Source: Nostoc punctiforme PCC 73102 (GTDB lineage Bacteria; Cyanobacteriota; Cyanobacteriia; Cyanobacteriales; Nostocaceae). Taken from it: DNA of 32,000 nt. The notes beneath the pieces were generated by a model. The model saw nothing but the letters and a program-made list of their open reading frames with translations, made no database searches and was not told the origin of the DNA. Position 1 is the stretch's first letter. Each line of letters starts with the position of its first letter. The stretch lies in contig NC_010628.1 of the NCBI RefSeq assembly GCF_000020025.1, positions 60,001 to 92,000 on the forward strand, written 5' to 3'. This document shows positions 8,809-16,172 of the stretch, piece by piece. The translations under genes and the position numbers were made by a program.

Positions 8809-11800
8809 TTAATCGGCGATAATGGTGACTCGTCCTTGTGAGCCGTAGCCAACTTCACTTATATAAAGGTTGGGGTCGTGAAGTTCGGCGATGATGTTTT
8901 GTACTGATTGTTTAGCGTCAAGCCTGGGGCTTAGGTCGATCGCACGAGTGAAAACTTTGGGCCATTCCCATCTCAGAGTTTTGGTTAATCCAAATAAACC
9001 AGCACCGATCGCACCGAAGTTGACTTTGTACTCTAAGCCGAAGGCTCCATCAAGGTGAGCAACTGTGCAGAAACAACTACGTCCATGCTTTGCGGCTTCG
9101 TTGAGGGAGGGTTTGAGGTGTTTCGCCATCAAAAATACGTGCTTGACGATCGCCTTTTCTGATTCGTTATAAGAAATACTCCCGGTGTGATTTCCTACAA
9201 ACATCGGATGTAGATGGATGAAGGCCCCAATCGCTCCGCAGTGAGATGCGATCGCTTGCAATTGTTGTTGAAGATGTTCTTCACTCAAGTTTGCTAAGGT
9301 GACGCGGGTTACTCCTGTAGGTAAAGGCGCTTGTTGGGCGATGAGCGATTGGGGGAAGCTGATAACTACTACTTTCCAGCCTTTCTCGATTAGGGATTCA
9401 GTTAATTTATAGGTGGTGAGGGAACCATCATCGGTGATTAAACCGATGTGTCCCTCTGGTAACGTGAAATCCAAATAATCAGGCTGTGCTAGGCTTCTGA
9501 GTTTGACAGTATAGCGCGGGATATTATGCTCTAATTCCGGTGGCTGCTGTTGGACAAACTCAGGCTCAGACTTTTTTTTTTCACCTCCAGCCAACTGCTG
9601 TAGGTAATCAACTATTTGACCGATGGTGCGGAGGTCTCCGAGTTCTTCGATATTTGGCTTGGGTAAGTTGGGGTACATTTCTTGCATCGCCCCTAAGATT
9701 TCCACCCGTTTAATCGAGTCAATCCCTAAATCCGCCTCCATGTCCATTTCCAGTTCCAGCATCTCTACTGGATAGCCGGTCTTATCGCTGGTGATGGCTA
9801 ACAGGGTTTCACCTAAGTTTGCAAATTCATCACTTGTAGAAGAAGCAACTTCTGGTTCTGGGGTGAATGCAACAACCACGCTTGGTTCCGGTGCAACGAC
9901 TACCTCAACTACTGGTGCAACCTCTACTGAAATCTCGGTTGTTTGTTGTACTTCGTGAATGGCAATTTCTACAGAAACACTTTTGGAAGCGTGAGATTGC
10001 AGATACTCTACAACTTGACCGATGGTGCGTTTTTCTGACAGTTCTTCTAAATTGGGCTTGGGTAGGTTGGGGTACATTTCTTGTAGCGCCCCTAAGATTT
10101 CCACCCGTTTGATGGAGTCAATTCCTAAATCGGCCTCCATGTCCATATCCATTTCCAGCATCTCGACTGGGTAGCCGGTCTTGTCGCTGGTGATGGCTAA
10201 GAGGTTTTTATCCAAGTCGACAATATCGATGGTTGCGCCAGATACAGGTGCAGCAGTTGTAGGTGCTGGTTCTGGGGTGAATGCAACAACTTCCTCGACT
10301 GGAGGTGCGCTAATTTTGACTACAACCTCAGCTTGAGGTTCTACTACTGGGACAGGTGGCGCAATTACAGGCTCTACTGTCTCGACAGTGGCGAAGTGCG
10401 GAGTCGGTAGAGACGCGATTGATCGCGTCTGTATTGGGGCAGGAGTTTCAACTACAGGCTCTACAGCAGCCGGGAGAGGTTCTTGGGTAATAGCTACGGG
10501 TAAAGGCTGACTTTCTACTATCTTGGTAGGTGCATCAGTAACAGTTGTTTCTGTTGTGAAATGATGGCGTACTGCATCGCTTAGTTTCTCTGTTAGTTGA
10601 GTTACTCCCTCACCAGAGATAATTTGAGAATACTCTTGCTGTATGAGTTGGAAAAAGCTCTTAGTATATTCCAACTGCTCTTGAAGATATTGCTCATGGA
10701 TGCGTAGAGTTTCACTTTGTTGGGAATGAAACTGCATCATGCTACGCTCTAAGCTTTCCATGACAACTAGCTTCATTTTGGCAGTTTCGGCTGTTGATTT
10801 ACTTTCGCTCAACAAGGAATTCTGCTGTTGCATCAGTTGGAAAAACGCTTTAGCATATTCCATTTGATGGTTGAGATAAGTACCGTGAACTTGTAAATTC
10901 TCGGCTTGATTTTCCTGAAACTGTGTCAGGAGGTATTCTAAACTTGCTAAAAGTTGTTCGTAATTTGTAAGCTTTTCTGGTGTTGGTTGCATCTTAGATT
11001 CCTGGACTGGTTGTGGCAGGGTAACAGGATTCATCTGTTGCTCTGGCTGGGTGATGATATTAGATGTCACACCGTTCATTACAGGAGTGGTTTTTTTATG
11101 TCCGTTAGTTTCTATCACTGCTAGAGGTGGAGTTACACCTGGGCTGCTAAACAAAGGAGCCGCATCAGGATATTCGGGTGTAGGTAATGTGACTTTATGC
11201 CCATCCTGCAAAGCTAGAGCAAAGGCATTTTTCGTTTTTTCGGATCTGTAGTTGATGCCGTTTAAACGTACATTTAATGTCTTCTTCGTCTCAATTGGGG
11301 GAATAGTTTGAGGAAGTTGATAAGGATCGAGGTTATTCAAAGCCAAACCAATTACCCGCAACTGCACAACTGCTTCCCGTAAAGAGCGATCGCTATTCTT
11401 TTGAGTACTGGGGTTCAAAGATACGGTAATATGTGGGCGATCGCCAAGAATCTCTTTCACCAAGTTGCTAAGAATTCTCCTCGGCCCAAATTCCACAAAG
11501 CAAGTACCACCCGCCGCATAGATATTTTCAATTTCCTGTTTAAATAGCACCGAGTTAGAAAGGTGCGTTTCCAGAATCTTTTGAATACCTTGGGCTTCCT
11601 TGGGATACTGCTTACTAGTAACGTTGCTGTAAACAGGGATTTTGGGACTTTGGAATTTAACAGACTTGGTTGCGATCGCAAATGATTTCTGAGCAAAGGC
11701 GATTAGCGGTGTATGGAAAGCTGCTGAAACAGGTAGCAATACAGCCGTATATCCTTTCTCGTGTAAAGCCTCTTTGATTCTCGCTATTTCTGCGGTAGGG

Positions 11801-14238
11801 CCAGCCAAGACAAATTGAGTTGGGGAATTTTGATTAGCGATCGCAACTTGGGGAAAATGCCTCAGCACTGCTTCCACTTTGCTGATGTCTTCTTTGACAG
11901 CCAACATACTACCCGCATCATGATCTGGATCTTCGGGTGCAGCCATTGCTTGCCCCCTAGCTTTCACCAAGAACAAGTAATCTTCTGTACTCAAAACCCC
12001 CGCAGCCCATAGCGCTGTTAGTTCACCAAAGCTGTGACCGGCAACAAAATCTGACTTAAATCCAGCTTGTTGCAGTATGCTGTACATCCCTGCACTCAAC
12101 ACCCCGATGGCTGGTTGAGCGTATTCTGTGCGTTGCAAGGCAGCAACTTGGACATTCTTTTCTGCCTCTCCAAACACAGGATGAGGGAAAACGATTTCTG
12201 ACAACGGTTGCAAATTATCTTTGAGCAACAGGCTATCCATATAGCCATGAAGACGGCGCATCAAAGGAAAATTCATTACCAGTTCGCGTCCCATCTCCAA
12301 GTATTGCGAACCTTGACCAGAAAATAGAGAGACAACTTTTCCACCCAATTCCATACCAGAGGAACGGTAATAAATCCCTTGGGGATGCTCCCAAGATGCT
12401 GCTGTTCCTTTGAGTTTCAGCCAGTCAATGCTAGTTTGCAGAAACTTGCAAGCTTCTTCGAGATTTTCAGCGACAAACCCAAATCTGGGAGCAGAGAGGG
12501 GAATCTGTGGCGACTTGCATTTCTTGACTAATTGCGCGTAATATGTTATCGCTTCAGGCGATACTCCTCCGGAGTCACTTCGTGAACGCAACTTACCTAA
12601 AATATCTTCCGACTTGCTCAACAATTGCTCTACTGTAGGAGCAAACAACAGCACTTCACTAGCATCACTATGTAAGCGGTAAGCGGCGTTTTGGTCAGCT
12701 TCATATTCTTCCAAAACAACGTGATAGTTGGTTCCGCCAAATCCAAAGGAACTTACACCTGCACGTCTTGGTGCTTCCCCTTCTGGACGAATCCAAGGTC
12801 TGGTTTGGGTATTCAAATAAAAGGATGAATTTTTAATGTTGAGTTTGGGGTTCGGCTCGGTGATGTTAATTGTGGGTGGTAATACTTTGTGATGTAAAGC
12901 CAAAGCAGTTTTAATCAAACTCGCCGCACCCGCAGCCGCTTTTGTGTGTCCGATTTGCGATTTCACACTACCCAAAGCGATATGCTGCTTTTTGTCATCA
13001 TGCACATCAAAGAAGTCTTTTAAAGAACCGAATTCTGTCGGATCTCCAGCCATTGTCCCGGTGCCATGTGCTTCCATTAAACCAACAGTAGCGGGAGAGA
13101 AGCCGGCATCTTCATAAGCACGTTCTAAGGCTTTGACTTGGCCTTCTTTGCGGGGAGCATAAATGCTCTTGTAACGTCCATCGCTAGAAGTACCAATACC
13201 TTTAATTACGGCATATATTTTATCGTTGTCCCGTTCAGCATCTTCTAACCGTTTGAGGACAATCATCCCGATACCTTCACCCAGCATCATCCCATCAGAT
13301 TTAGCATCGAAAGGTTTGACATTTTCACTAGGAGAAACCGCCGGTGTTTTGCTGAACGAGATGTAAGCCATGATGGTGTTATCGGTATCAACACCACCAG
13401 TTAGCATCATGTCAGAGCGATGCTCAACTAGCTCACTAATTGCCATTTTTAAAGCACCGAAGGAACTAGCGCAAGCCGCGTCAACAACACAATTCATCCC
13501 GCCAAAATTTAGGCGATTGGCAATTCTACCCGCGACTACATTCGCTAACATTCCAGGGAAAGCGTTCTCATCCCACTTCACATAAGCGCTTTTGATTTTA
13601 TCAACGATTTTTTGCGTATCTTCATCAGATAAACCACTGCTTTTGAGCGCTTTTTCCCAAATCGGATATTCCAATCTCGCAGAAAGTGGCATTCCTAATT
13701 GCTTGGCCATAGCCACGCCTAAGATTACCCCAACCATTTCGCGGTTAAACTCACGTTTTTCACCATAACCTGCATCTTCCATCGCCTCTTTCGCAACCAC
13801 TAAACTTAATAGTTGCGATACATCTGTGACTTCTAAAATGCTGGGTGGTATGCCGAATTCCATCGGGTTAAAATCTACCTCTGGAAGAAACCCACCTCTT
13901 TTACAGTAGGTTTTGTCTTCAGTAGTTCTAGGATTCGGATCGTAATAATCTTCGACACTCCAGTGAGTGGAAGGAACATCAGTAATACAGTCAATTTTGT
14001 TTACTATATTTTGCCAGTATTCCCGTAAATTTCTGGCTTGAGGCAATAGAGAAGCCATCCCAACGATGGCGATAGGGTTGTGTTGTAATTGTCTGTTAAT
14101 TCTGTTGATTGACACTGATTTATCTGATTTGTCTGATTTCATGTTTTTTTCCTCTATAGACCTCATCACAGCCTTTTCACAATTATTGATAAGGCTTTCT
14201 AACTCCGCTAAGGCAGTATCAATTGAATAAGCAGACAT
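8809..14238 (-). CDS. hglE: Type I iterative PKS (PfaA-like): KS-AT-ACP-ACP-KR structural subdomain
   Basis: 1809-aa ORF. KS motifs: VVDAACASSF, EAHGTGT, SQIGHTKAAAG. AT motif: GHSFGE. Two tandem ACPs, each with LGIDSIKRVE. The C-terminal ~270 aa form a Rossmann-like fold with no glycine-rich NADPH loop. The start is ambiguous: ATG 14238 (no SD) or in-frame ATG 14142 (AGAGG 8 nt upstream). Confidence 0.92.
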   Translation of the reverse strand: MSAYSIDTALAELESLINNCEKAVMRSIEEKNMKSDKSDKSVSINRINRQLQHNPIAIVGMASLLPQARNLREYWQNIVNKIDCITDVPSTHWSVEDYYDPNPRTTEDKTYCKRGGFLPEVDFNPMEFGIPPSILEVTDVSQLLSLVVAKEAMEDAGYGEKREFNREMVGVILGVAMAKQLGMPLSARLEYPIWEKALKSSGLSDEDTQKIVDKIKSAYVKWDENAFPGMLANVVAGRIANRLNFGGMNCVVDAACASSFGALKMAISELVEHRSDMMLTGGVDTDNTIMAYISFSKTPAVSPSENVKPFDAKSDGMMLGEGIGMIVLKRLEDAERDNDKIYAVIKGIGTSSDGRYKSIYAPRKEGQVKALERAYEDAGFSPATVGLMEAHGTGTMAGDPTEFGSLKDFFDVHDDKKQHIALGSVKSQIGHTKAAAGAASLIKTALALHHKVLPPTINITEPNPKLNIKNSSFYLNTQTRPWIRPEGEAPRRAGVSSFGFGGTNYHVVLEEYEADQNAAYRLHSDASEVLLFAPTVEQLLSKSEDILGKLRSRSDSGGVSPEAITYYAQLVKKCKSPQIPLSAPRFGFVAENLEEACKFLQTSIDWLKLKGTAASWEHPQGIYYRSSGMELGGKVVSLFSGQGSQYLEMGRELVMNFPLMRRLHGYMDSLLLKDNLQPLSEIVFPHPVFGEAEKNVQVAALQRTEYAQPAIGVLSAGMYSILQQAGFKSDFVAGHSFGELTALWAAGVLSTEDYLFLVKARGQAMAAPEDPDHDAGSMLAVKEDISKVEAVLRHFPQVAIANQNSPTQFVLAGPTAEIARIKEALHEKGYTAVLLPVSAAFHTPLIAFAQKSFAIATKSVKFQSPKIPVYSNVTSKQYPKEAQGIQKILETHLSNSVLFKQEIENIYAAGGTCFVEFGPRRILSNLVKEILGDRPHITVSLNPSTQKNSDRSLREAVVQLRVIGLALNNLDPYQLPQTIPPIETKKTLNVRLNGINYRSEKTKNAFALALQDGHKVTLPTPEYPDAAPLFSSPGVTPPLAVIETNGHKKTTPVMNGVTSNIITQPEQQMNPVTLPQPVQESKMQPTPEKLTNYEQLLASLEYLLTQFQENQAENLQVHGTYLNHQMEYAKAFFQLMQQQNSLLSESKSTAETAKMKLVVMESLERSMMQFHSQQSETLRIHEQYLQEQLEYTKSFFQLIQQEYSQIISGEGVTQLTEKLSDAVRHHFTTETTVTDAPTKIVESQPLPVAITQEPLPAAVEPVVETPAPIQTRSIASLPTPHFATVETVEPVIAPPVPVVEPQAEVVVKISAPPVEEVVAFTPEPAPTTAAPVSGATIDIVDLDKNLLAITSDKTGYPVEMLEMDMDMEADLGIDSIKRVEILGALQEMYPNLPKPNLEELSEKRTIGQVVEYLQSHASKSVSVEIAIHEVQQTTEISVEVAPVVEVVVAPEPSVVVAFTPEPEVASSTSDEFANLGETLLAITSDKTGYPVEMLELEMDMEADLGIDSIKRVEILGAMQEMYPNLPKPNIEELGDLRTIGQIVDYLQQLAGGEKKKSEPEFVQQQPPELEHNIPRYTVKLRSLAQPDYLDFTLPEGHIGLITDDGSLTTYKLTESLIEKGWKVVVISFPQSLIAQQAPLPTGVTRVTLANLSEEHLQQQLQAIASHCGAIGAFIHLHPMFVGNHTGSISYNESEKAIVKHVFLMAKHLKPSLNEAAKHGRSCFCTVAHLDGAFGLEYKVNFGAIGAGLFGLTKTLRWEWPKVFTRAIDLSPRLDAKQSVQNIIAELHDPNLYISEVGYGSQGRVTIIAD
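9600..10290. repeat. Intragenic tandem duplication (~400-415 bp unit) encoding the two ACP domains of hglE
   Basis: The identical 24-mer cgcccctaagatttccacccgttt occurs at 9688-9711 and 10087-10110. The identical 23-mer ggttctggggtgaatgcaacaac occurs at 9854-9876 and 10268-10290. The intervening sequence is closely similar. Confidence 0.9.
10411..10430. repeat. Perfect 20-bp palindrome of the AGACGCGAT family inside the hglE coding sequence
   Basis: AGACGCGAT-tg-ATCGCGTCT. It lies in the Pro/Ala/Val-rich linker upstream of ACP1 and is translated as QTRSIASL. Confidence 0.8.
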
Positions 14239-15398
14239 AGGGCATAGTTAGTACTGTGGATTGTGTAGTTACAGTAATTTCTGTTGCCTACTAATTAATG
14301 AAAAACTCTGGTTTTGTAAGCAGTTAGCTATCTTATCTTTGCTAAATGCTTGTCTCCAAATCGACACCACACGATACATACTGCCGGGGTAAAGCCTTAT
14401 GTTTCCAGGCGACTTTGGCATACTGCGTAGGCGTAGCCCGTCGTAGACATCGCGAAAAAATGTTATCCAACGCTAGACTCTTGAAATTGTGGCAATAGGT
14501 CAATAACGTTGTTAAAACTGGTAAAATAGTCTTGGAGTGTAATAGCTGCTTGACCAGTGAATTTAATCCATTTGTAATGGTAGAGATTTTGAGTAATGGT
14601 ATCCTACTGGAGTGATGGAAACTGAGGAGTAGCTAAGAGAACAGAAATGTTTTTTCACCCGAAAGCTTTTGATTATCTAGCCTAACCACAGCAACATAGC
14701 TGTTGTTAATGACAACGTTCTGTATCTCTATAGTCATAGCCAATTTCAACGTTCGGGATAATGTATTTTATGCTATTTGAACTAGGAAAGTTGACAAGTT
14801 CGTTACATAAAAGACACCACCTTTAAACCGAATTTATGCAAGTTGAAAAAGTAATAAAACGAGCAGACGATAATCGAGAAGCAGTTATCTTTAGTTATTT
14901 TTAATTTAAAAATCTTAATTAAATAACTAGTTTCTCTAACCACTTTAAAGCATTGAATTAATAAAAACACTAACATACTTTACAGAAACTAAATCATTTC
15001 TTTAAAGTTATTTTATAAAGAAACATCCACAATTACTGATGTTAAGTTAAATAAAATTAAGCAAAAAAGTATAATTTATAACTCTATAAATGTGCCAGAT
15101 ATTTTGTTATCTACGCATTAATCATAAATTTGTGCTGAATTAAGTTAACCATGTAAATCTGTTGTCTAGTAAGTAACAATTCCATGAATACATAGATAAA
15201 CTGAAGAACCATAAATGTGTTTTCTCAGAGAAACATCATAATTGAGTCAAAGTTTTGGGTTATTTTTCAATATAAGTCAAGCTAAGAAGCAAAGCAGTTA
15301 TTTATAAAGCAAATGTTAATTTTTAATATGTTACTTGATAAACATAATCATAATTACATCTGTTAAAGGTAAATAAGCTTGCGTCACAATATACTCGC

Positions 15399-15412
15399 GT
15401 ATTTTTAAATAC
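15399..15412. promoter_or_regulatory. Second GTA-N8-TAC box (NtcA-type palindrome)
   Basis: GTATTTTTAAATAC. No convincing -10 box lies at the canonical 22-nt spacing on either strand. Confidence 0.2.
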
Positions 15413-15467
15413 AGCATATTTCAAGTTGGTTAAGTACATAAGCTAAGTCTGTTACCCAGATATAAAT

Positions 15468-15581
15468 AGGACTTACGCAAAAACTCCCTGAAACTCTTAT
15501 TTCTTTGTGTCCTATCCTGAGAGCCACTCCGTGTCTATGCATCCTTTGCGATTCGTTTTTTCATGATTTTGCGTAAGTCCT
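15468..15581. mobile_element. 114-bp MITE-like element with perfect 15-bp terminal inverted repeats
   Basis: AGGACTTACGCAAAA (15468-15482) is the exact reverse complement of TTTTGCGTAAGTCCT (15567-15581). ATAAA occurs within 1-2 nt of both ends. The interior (ctcttatttctttgtgtcct...cctttgcgattcgtttttt) is homologous to the repeat at 8724-8768. Confidence 0.7.
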
Positions 15582-15906
15582 GATAAAGTATGTTTTACTC
15601 CTGAATTCTGAATTCTGCTGTATGCGTTGACGTAACGCACCAAAAGTATCACTTCATGCCTTTAATTACTATGAACAAAGCTGATAAAAATGTTTTATAA
15701 CACACAACTTTAATAACAACAATCTGTTAGTAATATCAAATTGTGATGAAATATTTTAGTGAGAGAATCAGGACTTCTGCAAAGATAATCGATTGACAAA
15801 ATTCAATTTTTATGCCATTGTTAATAACAAGTTTATCCAAACTTTGAGTTCATTTTTATCGGCGCTTCGTTGTTCTTGAGAGTTAAAATTTCTGGTTAGC
15901 GTTATT

Positions 15907-15948
15907 GTATTTTAAGCTACTGGATTAGATGTCAAATTAGGATATAAC
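15907..15948 (+). promoter_or_regulatory. Candidate NtcA-activated (class II type) promoter for hgdB
   Basis: GTATTTTAAGCTAC (15907-15920) fits GTA-N8-TAC. Exactly 22 nt downstream lies TATAAC (15943-15948) as a -10 box. The site is about 225 nt upstream of the hgdB ATG. Confidence 0.35.
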
Positions 15949-16172
15949 TTAGGAAGCTTTGAAGTAACACCACCATTAATTTTCACGCCACAATAGTAAT
16001 TTTGGGCGGCAAAAGCGTACAACAATTCATATAAAACCACTTTAGATACATTCACTTGATTAAGGTAGAAACCTTAGAGGAAAAGCCCTCTAAGTAATTT
16101 GTGGATGAGTCTATTCTAATGGACTAAATATAACCAGGCTATCCCCTAAAAAAGCAGAATTGGAATGAAAAG

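Noticed and set aside
12568-12573. TCCGGA (DIF-type heterocyst promoter motif)
   Set aside because: The only exact copy I found lies deep inside the hglE coding sequence. There is none in the 14239-16172 control region or upstream of hgdA or hglT. A 6-mer palindrome is expected by chance.
7038-13585. Short ORFs inside hglF and hglE (7038-7259, 8255-8458, 8558-8770, 9867-10112, 11051-11251, 11457-11696, 11815-12012, 13370-13585)
   Set aside because: They are antisense or out of frame relative to long ORFs with clear PKS domain motifs. They are typical shadow ORFs.
14346-14498. 50-aa plus-strand ORF in the hglE-hgdB spacer (MLVSKSTPHDTYCRGKALCF...)
   Set aside because: It is largely encoded by the CGTAG-type dispersed repeat, has no SD and has an improbable Cys/Arg-rich composition. 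It is most likely spurious.
14633-14737. 34-aa minus-strand ORF (MTIEIQNVVINNSYVAVVRLDNQKLSGEKTFLFS) ~400 nt upstream of hglE, in the same orientation
   Set aside because: It might correspond to one of the small genes reported at this position in Anabaena. However, there is no SD, no recognisable family and no way to test conservation here, so I do not annotate it.
15085-15222. Recurring CATAAAT(T)GTG-like words in the AT-rich spacer (near 15086, 15124 and 15211)
   Set aside because: In AT-rich DNA of this length, several 8-9-mer coincidences are expected by chance. There is no consistent spacing or palindromy.
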